DNA of 64,000 nt from Ascoidea asiatica JCM 7603 (lineage: Eukaryota; Fungi; Ascomycota), in contig BCKQ01000005.1 in the NCBI GenBank assembly GCA_001600695.1, positions 655,543-719,542 on the forward strand, given 5' to 3'. Positions 44,950 to 55,800 of this stretch are shown piece by piece (positions within the stretch are counted from its first letter, which is position 1; each line of letters begins with the position of its first letter). The position numbers and the translations under genes were made by a program. The notes below the pieces were generated by a model, which saw nothing but the letters and a program-made list of their open reading frames with translations, was not told the DNA's origin and ran no database searches.

Positions 44950-46317
44950 TTATGTATCGATCCAATCATTTACTTTTTTGATTCTATCAGCTTTAAACTT
45001 TGAATCATAATATTTGATAAAATCTCTAGATTTATAATAAAACATTTGATTTTTTTCACCAAATGGAATTTGTAACTTCAAAAAATGGCCATTATTATCT
45101 TCACCTGTATCACTTTTTTGATCTTGATCGGAATCGGAATCGGAATCGGAATCGAGATCTTCATAACTATAATATCCAGTGGTAAAAGATCTTAAATTCC
45201 TCCTCCGATTCTTCATTGCTGGTTCAATAATACTGAGAAAAGTTTTACCAAAAATTTCCATTGATATATCTCTATTATCATAATTATATTTAGCTGTTTT
45301 AATTATATTCCAATCAAAAATATTATCATTTTTAAAATTCAATTTTAAAAATAAATTTTGAAATAAATTAATCATATAAGAATAATCAGGTTCTTGATCA
45401 AATTTTAAATCATTTATATAATTAAAAAAACTTGAAAATTCGAGAGGTAAATCGTTTGTTAAATCATTAATTGAAGTTGATTGTTTAGATAATAAAATAG
45501 ATTTTGAACCAAGTTCTTTTTGATTATTTTTTAAATCAAACCAAGGTAAAGTACCTTTTAAAAAATAAATTATCATATAAGCAATACTTTGTAAATCATC
45601 TTTTCTTGAAGATTCAAAACCTAAATGAGAATTTATTGAAATATATCTAATAGTACCAGTAATTAAATTATTTTTAATATGGTTTATATGAGTATTATCA
45701 TCAAGATTTTTATATAATTTTGATAAACCAAAATCTATAGTATAAAGATTATTTTTATTACTATTTATACCCATTAAAAAATTAGAAGGTTTGATATCTT
45801 TATGAATATAATTTTTTTCATGAATAAATTGAATATTTTTAATTAATTGAATAGCTAATAATAAAGTTGTTTTATAAGAAAATTGTTTACCACAATAAAT
45901 GAATAAATCTTGTAAAGAAGGACCTAATAAACTCATTACTAAAATATTATGATAATTAAAAGTTCCAATCCAATTAATTGTAGGTATAGGTATATGCATA
46001 GGTATATTTGAATCTGAATCTGAATCTGAATCTGAATCTGAATCTGAATCTGAATCTGAATCTGAATCTGAATCTGAATCTGAATCTGAATTTGAATTTG
46101 AATTTGAATCTGATTTTTTATGTAATTGACAATAGATCATTGATTCACTTTTTAAGGTTTTAAAGTGTTGTAAAGTATTTTCAAATTTTATTGCAACTTT
46201 TTCACCGGTTTCAATAATAATACCAGAAAATATTACACCATATGAACCAATACCAATTTTAGAACCTACTTCAAATTCCTTTCCAAAATCTGAACTTAAG
46301 ATTTTTTGGTTATTCAT
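44950..46317 (-). CDS. Divergent casein kinase I-family Ser/Thr kinase
   Basis: KIGIGSYG, VAIKFE, LLGPSLQDLF, HKDIKPSNFL, IDFGLSK, GTIRYISINSHLG.E.SRKDDL, LPW, PDY. Confidence 0.92.
   Translation of the reverse strand: MNNQKILSSDFGKEFEVGSKIGIGSYGVIFSGIIIETGEKVAIKFENTLQHFKTLKSESMIYCQLHKKSDSNSNSNSDSDSDSDSDSDSDSDSDSDSDSDSDSNIPMHIPIPTINWIGTFNYHNILVMSLLGPSLQDLFIYCGKQFSYKTTLLLAIQLIKNIQFIHEKNYIHKDIKPSNFLMGINSNKNNLYTIDFGLSKLYKNLDDNTHINHIKNNLITGTIRYISINSHLGFESSRKDDLQSIAYMIIYFLKGTLPWFDLKNNQKELGSKSILLSKQSTSINDLTNDLPLEFSSFFNYINDLKFDQEPDYSYMINLFQNLFLKLNFKNDNIFDWNIIKTAKYNYDNRDISMEIFGKTFLSIIEPAMKNRRRNLRSFTTGYYSYEDLDSDSDSDSDQDQKSDTGEDNNGHFLKLQIPFGEKNQMFYYKSRDFIKYYDSKFKADRIKKVNDWIDT
46009..46112 (-). repeat. 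Hexamer microsatellite encoding (SD)n/(SN)n inside the kinase N-lobe
   Basis: (TGAATC)n then (TGAATT)n on the + strand. Confidence 0.95.
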
Positions 46318-47123
46318 TTTTTACTTTATTTTATATTATTTTATTTTATTTTATTTTATTTTATTTTATTTTATTTTATTTTATATCTAATAATAATAAA
46401 AATAATATTATAAGGAAATAAAGTTATAATTTTTTGAATATCATATCATAACATCTTTTATTATTTTATATCATTTTATATTATTTCACACTAGAAAATA
46501 CAATAACATAATAAAGAAATAGAAAGCAGTAAAGTAAACAAAGCAATAAGAACTATTTCCTAAAACTTAAGTAAAACATCATTTACTTATTCATTTTTAT
46601 TACACTTCTGAGGTCCATTTGAACATGAGAAGTAAGAAACAAGAAACAGCATAATCAGAATAAAGAGAGTACGACTGTAGTTAGTATTAAAAGTGTAAAC
46701 AATCTTTATCAAGTTTCAAAAACAGCAGAAGAAAGAAGTTGAAGATTACAAAGCCAGAAAGCGAAGAAGAAGAAGAAGAACAACAAGAACAAGACAAGCA
46801 CAATGAAACAATGAAACAATGAAACAATGAAACAATGAATCAAAAACGAGATCCGAGGTTCTTCAACCCTCTTTTGAGTGGCACAGTGAATGAGGTTACC
46901 CGCCACAGACGTGGATGGTGTTGTTGTGATTTGATCTGAGCGAGAGAAGCGAAAATAAAGTGAAGGAGAACAGAAATAGAACAGAAATAGAAATAGAAAT
47001 AGAAATAGAAATAGAAATAGAAATAGAAATAGAAATAAATTGAATTTGGATAATTAAACCAACTGGAAAGCTATTTCTGTTCCAAGAACAAGTCAATTAG
47101 AAGCAAAAGAACAGATTTGAATA

Positions 47124-47619
47124 ATGAGTGACAAAGAAAAAGTGCAGAAAATATCAAGAGAATATTCTGCTATTCAGGAAAGTATGTTCCAAAATATAAT
47201 ATAATATAATATAATATAATATAATATAATATAATATAATATAATATAATATAATATAATTTAATTCAATACAATATTCTATACAATCAACTAACAATAA
47301 CAAACCCAATTGAAATAATCTATTTTTTTTTATCATCTTTTTAGAATTGAATTCCTTTATTGTTCAAAGACAAAAATTAGAAACTCAATATCAAGAAAAT
47401 AAAATTGTTAAAGATGAATTTGATAAACTTAAAGAAAATGAAAATCCAAAAATTTTTAAATTAACTGGTAATGTTTTATTACCAACTAATTTAAAAGATG
47501 GTAAATCAAATGTTAATAAAAGAATAGATTATATACAAAATGAAATTAAATCAATTGAACAAAAGATTCAAGATGCTCAAAAAGATATAGAAAAAAAAAG
47601 ATTGGAATTAGCAGTATAA
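47124..47619 (+). CDS. YKE2: Prefoldin subunit 6, two exons (47124-47181, 47345-47619), 110 aa
   Basis: MSDKEKVQKISREYSAIQE-K-LNSFIVQRQKLETQYQENKIVKDEF..IFKLTGNVLLP..NVNKRIDYI. The phase-1 splice joins in frame. Convergent with COQ9, as in YLR200W/YLR201C. Confidence 0.93.
47182..47344 (+). other. Spliceosomal intron (163 nt) in YKE2 containing (ATAAT)n
   Basis: GTATGT...AACTAAC (about 47289-47295)...TTTAG. Confidence 0.92.
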
Positions 47620-47693
47620 AAAATATAATTTATACTTTATATACAATATATAATATTTATAAATATATAATATTTATAAATATATTAATTTAT

Positions 47694-48605
47694 TCAACTT
47701 TTAGCTAATTGAGATTTTATTAAATTAATCATTTGAAATCCATTAAATATTAACCAATTTTCACTTTCATTATAATAATATCCTAAATTTTTATATTTTA
47801 AAATTAATTCTTCTAAAAATTTAAATGTATCTTTAAAACCTTTTGATGTATCATTTAACATATATAATTCACAATTTAAATAAATTCCAATTATTGAACA
47901 TCTTTTTGAATACCATGAAAAATCATGACTTTTATCTAAACTTAAATATAATAAATCATCTGATAATTGAAATAATTCTTTAATTGATTCATTTATATTT
48001 CTTGGTAAAATTAAATATGTTAATAATTTTTTTAAATTTTTTAAATTATTTAAATCATTTATATCATATTTATAATTTGAATTCAAAATTAGATTTAACT
48101 TTTCTTCTTCTTTTTCTTCTTCTTCTACTTTTTCTTTCTCAGTTTCTTTTTCAAAATCTTTAATTTCTTGAAGTTTTAAATTCATTAATAATCTTTCTTT
48201 AATTAAAAAATTTAATTTATCTTCTTCTTCAACTAAATTATCAAACTCATTTTTTCTCTCTTTAACAATATCAAATAATCTTAATCTTGAACTCTTAAGA
48301 TGAAAATACATCAATTCATTAATTTTATCTTTAAAAATAACATTTAATGAATCTTCATATTTTAAATCTCTAATTGAATTAAATATTGATTTTTCTTCAA
48401 ATCCATATCTTGGAACATATTTTTCAATTGCATTAAAAAGAATTTTATTTTTTATTGTTAAATTCTTATTGAATTCTCTTTCTTCTTCAATATGATCAAT
48501 TGAAAAATAATTTCTCTTGAATATTAAATTTTTATTAATAAAATAATTATTACTCTTTGAAATTGATAATTTCGATATTGATCTAAAACTTATTTTCCCA
48601 ATCAT
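47694..48605 (-). CDS. COQ9: Ubiquinone biosynthesis lipid-binding protein Coq9
   Basis: Basic Ser-rich presequence, YVPRYGF, ELFQLSDD..LDKSHDFSWYSKR, C-terminal NLIKSQL. ATG at 48605. Confidence 0.92.
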   Translation of the reverse strand: MIGKISFRSISKLSISKSNNYFINKNLIFKRNYFSIDHIEEEREFNKNLTIKNKILFNAIEKYVPRYGFEEKSIFNSIRDLKYEDSLNVIFKDKINELMYFHLKSSRLRLFDIVKERKNEFDNLVEEEDKLNFLIKERLLMNLKLQEIKDFEKETEKEKVEEEEKEEEKLNLILNSNYKYDINDLNNLKNLKKLLTYLILPRNINESIKELFQLSDDLLYLSLDKSHDFSWYSKRCSIIGIYLNCELYMLNDTSKGFKDTFKFLEELILKYKNLGYYYNESENWLIFNGFQMINLIKSQLAKS

Positions 48606-49423
48606 TATTATAACTACCAATATTGTCTATAATAAGTTATCAAACCTCAATTAAATGACAAAAATATTCAATGATTTTTTCAATGAATTAGTTTATCATT
48701 TTAATTGATTGATTATTAAAATATTCAGTTTCTTTCTTCTTACTTCTCGCTTTCTGTTTTCCCTAAAAATCACTCCACGCATAGTAAAACTATACCTCAC
48801 ACTAATTTGACACCGTTTTTACTTTTCAAATTCATTAAATAAACAGGTAAATTAAAAAATATAAATTATCCCATTAAAAAAAGGTAAATAAAATATTACA
48901 TTAACCTCAATATTACATTACTTTCAGGAAACACCTTTTTGATGTCAATTTGAATTAAATTTATGAAAAAATATGATTATAAAAAAAAAATTATTAGACT
49001 ATTAAACTATTGGATTACTAAATTATCACTATATCAATATATGACATATTAAAATATGACTTAACAATTAAATATATGCCAAAATTTTCATCATTATCAA
49101 CACCAACAACAAAATTCATTAAACTCGATTAAATTCCATTAGTTTTTGAATTCCCCAATTAAAATCAAAATTAAAGTTCATTAATCAAGAGAACAAAATA
49201 AATAACTAAATAAAAAGAAAAGCAGAAAACTAAATTTAAAATGACCAAAAAACGTAAAAATAAACGCAATAAAAAAATTTTTTTTTTCTCTCATAATAAA
49301 ATGAAAATTCAATGAAATTTAACAAACCTTTTAAATAAAAAAAACCAAAATGCCGTCCTATTCTATAATATGCTAAGATTTCTCTGCTTTAAAATAAAAA
49401 AAAACTAATAGATGAATGATTTG

Positions 49424-50747
49424 TTAAGCTAATATATCATTACTGTTATTATTAATATCACTAAGATTATTGAGATTAGCATTATTGATATTATTGATAT
49501 TATTAATATTATTGATATTATAATTATTAATATGATTTGATTCCAATTCTAAATTACCAACTTTATGAATAATAGTTGCATCATTTCCAAAATTATTAAC
49601 TTGATGTAAAGATTGTCTGGCTCTAAGATTATTCTCATTTAAATTATCAGAATCACTCATTGAATTGAGATTACTATTATTTGTATTGAAACTAATATCA
49701 CCTAAACTAGCAAACCTGTTACCATTAATACTTTTTGTATTATAACCATTAATATTTTTACTATTGTTTTTCATGATATTAATGCTATTAATATTATTGA
49801 CATTATTATTATTATTATTATTATTACTACTAGTAGTAATGCTAGTACTAGAATTAACGTTATTACTATTTACACTATTTGAAATATTTTGAATCGCATT
49901 ATTAATTGAATTGTTGTTAGAATAAGTAGATAAATTTCCAGAAACATTTCCTGAAGTGGTTGAATTGATACTTGAGATACTATTACTCATTGAATTATTA
50001 GGAATATGAGCATTATTATTACCATTATTTGAGTTTGAAGTTAAAGATAAACCTGAAATTTGGGTTGAAATTTTCATAAATTCATCATTACTTAAACTTA
50101 AATTATAATTCCCATATTGAGGAGAATTGTTTATATTACCGTTGATGTTATTACTATTATTATTATTATTATTATTATTGGTTATAGAAGAAATATTGTG
50201 CTGATTCAATTGACTATGGGAATAATGATGAGTTAATTGATGCTGAACAACTGGAGCAGTTGGAGGAGGAGGTAAAATACCTGCATTTCTGGGAAAACCA
50301 CATCTTAAACAATAAACATTTTTTGCAAAATTATGATATGAACAATTTTCATTGCCACATTTCCAGTCTCCTGCTCTAAAGGGAACGGAATTCATCCTAT
50401 TTGATAGCATATTACCATTATTTGTTACTGTATTATTATTGTTATTACTTGTATTATTACTGGTACTATTATTAGTATTTGTTGAAGAAATATTTGAATT
50501 CAAATTATTGTTTGACGTATTGCTTGTATTATTGATGATTGAGTTATTGATACTACTAATTGAATTATTGTTAATAGAGTTTGAATTCCCATTACCATTA
50601 GAGTTAATGTTATTTATATTGTTATAAAAACCATTATTATAATTCATATTCAAATTAGCATTTGCATTAATATTTGAAGTTGAATTATTTGAATATGCAT
50701 AAGTATTAGCGTTATTACTATTACTGTTATTATTAGTTGAAATGTTA

Positions 50748-50781
<34 letters not shown>

Positions 50782-52195
50782 TGTTATTGAAATTATTGGA
50801 ATTATTATAGATAGAATCTTGTTGAGCACCAAGAGCTGGAAAAGAACAACGAAAACAAGCTGTACGCCTTTGAAAATTGGAAAATCCACAAGATGGACAA
50901 GTCCAGTCACCAGGCCTTGGCCTATTCTTATTTTGAGGGAATGGGGTTAAAATTTCTTGAGCTTTATCTAATAATCTTGTAGTTGAAGGCTGTACTTCAA
51001 TTGATCTATCATTCAAGGTTTTACCATTCATTGCTAAAGATTCACTTGCTTCTTCATGAGTTGAAAAAACAGCAAAAGCAATACCTAGGTTTTTATGAGG
51101 ATCAGGTGTTTTCAAAGTCCAAAATGCAGTTGGCTTTGTTGAACCAAATCTTGTGAACCAAGAATCTAATTCTGATTGAGTGATATCAAAGGGTAAATTT
51201 GTTAAAAATAAAACATTTGATCTTTCGCTTAAAAAGGCTCTAATATCAGCATCACCATCATAAGGATTAGTTAGTACATCTGAATGTTCATCATTTGGAT
51301 AAGACTTTTTAATTAAAGCTTTTAAAATTCGGGCTATAAGAAAAGCTTCATCTAAAGCTCTTCTAGGTAAAAACAAAGGATTACTGTTTATGTTAACATT
51401 AGTGGTAATATTAGTGGTAGGTGCATTAGTATTAGATGTAATAGATGTGGAAGGAGTAGTAGAAGGTATAATAGAACCGATTGCACTAGCAGGTTGTTTA
51501 CTAGAAATAGAAGTTGTTGTAGATACTTCATTAACACTGGATGAAGTATCATTGTCTTTGGTAACATTGGAAGTAGTAGTATTACTATTACTAGTATTTG
51601 AATCATTATTTTCAATTACAGAATTTGAGGAAAGAACTGAAGGTGGTGTTGGAAATAAATTTGGATTATTATTTTGAGTTATAATATCGACTTCAAGTGC
51701 AGCAAAAATAGCATTGATATTATTTGAGGAATAAGATATAGATTCAGGATGATGAGCTTGCCATTTTGAGTATTCAGATTTAATATCAAATATTTTTGGG
51801 TATTGTAAAAATAAAGGTAATAATACATTTTTATCTCTTGCTTCTCTTGAAATTTGAACTTTTAAATCATAAGAATTTAAAGTTATAAATATGAAAGATT
51901 TTTTTAAATTAATTAAATTGGTCTTTAAGAAATTTTCAAAATTTAATATTGACTCTCTAAAATTGTTTGCATTTTTAACATGATCCCAAGTTAAACCTGT
52001 TAGATTTGTACAAAGATTTGTTATTGGATTAGAAGTTGGTTTTATGAGGATGGAGTCATATGAGATTTCATTAAGAGTTGCAGAATCAACTAATACCCAG
52101 GCTAGCTCGATAGTCTCAGCCAGATCTTTATTTGTAGAAAGAGAATGTTCATCACAGGTAGTTGAAACATGGAGAATAACATAGACATCAGGCAT
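49424..52195 (-). CDS. NRP1: Asn-rich RNA-binding protein (exonuclease-like fold + RRM + 2 RanBP2 zinc fingers)
   Basis: HVSTTCDE; RRM LFLTNLP.D.TQSELDSWF; RPRPGDWTCPSCGFSNFQRRTACFRC; PFRAGDWKC..CSYHNFAKN..CLRC. Confidence 0.93.
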
Positions 52196-52866
52196 TCTAA
52201 AGGAGAGATTGAGAAGGCTTTCATTACCTAGTTGAGCAGTGAAAAAAATGAATGAAAAAAGAAAAGAAAATATAACAGAGATTGGAGATTGGAGATCAGA
52301 TATCAGATATCAGATAATAGTTATATTGTAATTAATAATTATACTTATAAATAAATAAGTTAAATGAAACAATTTTCAATATAAAAATGAATATGAAGAT
52401 GAATATAATGAATATGGGTGAATAACTTGGATTAAACAAGATCTTAAATAAAAACTAAAATATTTTTCAAGTGGAAACTGCAATAAACGTTAACTAACCT
52501 TTCTGTCGAGGGCTCTTGTTATTGAACATCTCTAGCGCCAGCAGCGAAGATTCCCAGAGCCGCGCGAGTTCACAAGTGTTCTCGTCCAGCACCGCCACTT
52601 ACAAAGACAGCCTCAGATTCGGGGTCTACTCAATGTCTCAATTAACCATCTACAGAATCATATGAAATCCGAGGGTTTCCTTATTTGGGTTGGAACTTTT
52701 TATGCGTAATTAAACAATTTAACTTTATTAATCTATTCACACTTTCTAAACAGAAAATTAATATAATAACAATAAAAAATAATAACAAAAAAAGTACAAA
52801 ACAAAAAATACAAAAATTATACAAAAATTATACAGAAATAATACAAAAGTAATACAAAAAATCACT

Positions 52867-55800
52867 TCAAATATTAGCTAATTGACTGAAGTATTGACGA
52901 AGAATTATAGAAAGCATTTCAGGTAGTTCATTAATATCATGAACAACAACGTAAAACTCAAAGGGAAAGGTATCAAGATATTTATCAATTTGTAGTTTCA
53001 TTATCCCAGTTTCTTCATCGGTAATATACCTTACTTGGCTCATATCTAAAATACTTTCTTTATTTTCTCTACTATTTTTTTCATGATTCATATTATCTCC
53101 ATTTAAACAATCAATAATTACAAACACAATCATGATTTTATCTTCTCTAGCTTTACGCACCATTCTTTCTATACTTTCATGGTCTTCACAAACTCCATCT
53201 GATAAAATTATTTCTAATTGCCAAAGTTCTTGGCTTTGAGTTCTTCTAGCATTGGTAAATAATTTATTTGAGATATTAATTAATTTCTTTATATCTGTTT
53301 TTTCTTCTTTAAAATTGAACCATTTCAAAAGATTTGCTCCTTTTTCAACTGACGATGAAAAACTTTCACTAAATTTATGTAAAACTTTTATGGTTTCACC
53401 AAATTTGACTATACAGATTTCTCCGGTTTCTAGTTGTGTTAATGATTTATAAAATAAACATAAACTATCAAATGCGAATTTAATTGCTTTACTTTCTCCC
53501 ATAGATTTAGAATCATCAATTGCTATCATAATTTGATATTGCCTCTTACTAGGTTTATTTCTCTTTAACCAAATTTTATCTTTTCGAAATTCACTTGCAA
53601 TATATGGTATAATTTTTTTCATATTTAGTCTTTTACCAGTTCTATAATCTCCTTTTAGTTTGGTAGCCAACGTTGGTTCTAAAATCAATCTAAGTTGTTC
53701 ACTTAATCTTGATGATAATTCTTGTGTTTCTCTTTCACTATCTTTCCAAAGTTGACGAGCAATTTCAATATTCATACCTCCATTCCTCATAGGTTCATCA
53801 TTATTATTAAGGAAAATTTTTTGAAATTCTTCTTCCATGTATTCTTCATCTTTATATTTATCTTCATCTTTATCTTCATCGACAATATCATCAACATTTT
53901 TATTCTTATCTTTCTTAAAACCAATATTAATTAACTCTTCATTTTCTAATGTGCCATCTTCATTTTTTCTAATATCTTCATCTTTCTGTTGTTCTTCATC
54001 TTTCAAGTCACTAGTTGCTTTACCATTGAAATTACCCTCTTCATTATTCAATTCTTCTTCTTTTTTATCTTCTTTGTCATCTTCATTTTCAACTTCAATC
54101 ATTTCTCCATCTAACCCATTTTTTTCTTCTGATTCGTCAATAATTTTTTCTTCATCGATAGTTTGAATTTGCTCTTCTTTTGCAGCTCCTAATGCCTGAG
54201 TTTCGTTTTCAGAATTTTTACCATCTAAGTGTTCAAATTCATCTGGCCTGGTATTCGCTTTTTCTTTTTCTTTTTTATCTTCATCTTCTATATTAGAAGC
54301 TTCTTTAATCTCTTCATGGCGACGATAAAATTCTTTTAATGAATCTCCTAATTCTTTCAACGTTTGATTAACCATTTCTCTTGCACTATCATTATTATTA
54401 TAATTTTCTTCTTCTTCTTTATTATCATTTTTCTTTTCATCATTATTTTCTCCAATTGTTCCATTAGATCCAATATTTTCTTCTTCATTTTTAACTTCAG
54501 AATCAGCACCTTCTCCTTTTTCTCCGGAATTTTGTTTATTTTCAGCCTGATTTTCCTCTTTATTTTCATCGATATTATTGTTCATTTCTTCAATTCCATC
54601 TAATCCTTCAACCCCATCTAAATTTTCCTCTTTAGAGTCCTTAGAATCAGGATCTTCATCATTTGAATCTTCTTCAATATTTTCTTGTAATTCAACATCA
54701 CCGTTTTGATTATTGGTTTCTGTTTCTTCAGGCTCATTTAGTTCATCAACATCATTGTCATTGTCATTGTCATCATCTTTCATCTCTTCATCAATTCCAT
54801 CCTCAAAATCAGCGGCAGATTCTTCTTGATTTTCATTTTCTTTCTCATTAGAATCGCCATCCACCTCCTCTAAATTTTCTTCTTTTTCATTTTCATTTAG
54901 GTTTAAGTTTTCATTTTCTAGATCAATATCTAAATTGTCTTCGAATCCCTGGTCTTCATTGTTATCTTCTTTTTCTTCTTCTTCTTTATCTGATGTTTCA
55001 TCATCAAGATTTATATCTTCTGGTAAATCTAAGATTTCTGAATCGGGTACGTTTTCATCAAGTCTATTATCATCTTCCTTATTTTGAACCGCATCTTCTT
55101 GCTCTCCAAGATTTTCTTTGGATTCTTCATCTTTATTTTCAGAATCCCCTTCTTTGTCGTTATCTGAGTTTTGATTATTTTCATCTTCTTTGGCTTCTAA
55201 ATTACTTTCTCCATCTTTATTTTGTGGCATGTCTTTTGAGTCTTTTTCTTTCATATCATTTTCTTCTTCTAATTCTTCTTTGTCATTCCACATTTTCTCA
55301 TCAATAGCATTAGGGTCAGCATCATCTATATCATCGATTTTTTCGTCAGCATCTTCCTTATCATTATTTTCATTATCAGAGTCGGTATTATCTTCGCCTG
55401 GAGCGTTCTCCATTTCACCGTCTATATCGCCATCAATATCTTGCGCATTATTCTTATCATCTTCGTTATCTTCATTATCATTATTCTGATTTTCATCATT
55501 TGCAGCAAGTGCATCTTCATCGAGATCTTCTTCATCTAAATCTTTGGAACTATTCATAGCTCCAGAAGTATCCCCATTTCCTAATCCACTTCCTTCTTCA
55601 ACTTCATCTGATTCCTTTTCATCATGTTCTTCATTATCCGGTATACAAAAACCGTTTACTGAAAGATCTAAAAGTGCAGAGCATAAAATATACGTAGCTT
55701 TAGAAGAACAATAATAATATTTACAGTAACTGTTTTTCACAAGAATAACCGTTTCCTTATACTGTGTAGCCAAAGGTTGAAATAAGAGTAAAATAGATGA

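Noticed and set aside
47610-47690. Second intron extending the YKE2 C-terminus (GTATAA at the stop)
   Set aside because: No branch point or acceptor before COQ9, and 110 aa is already a normal length.
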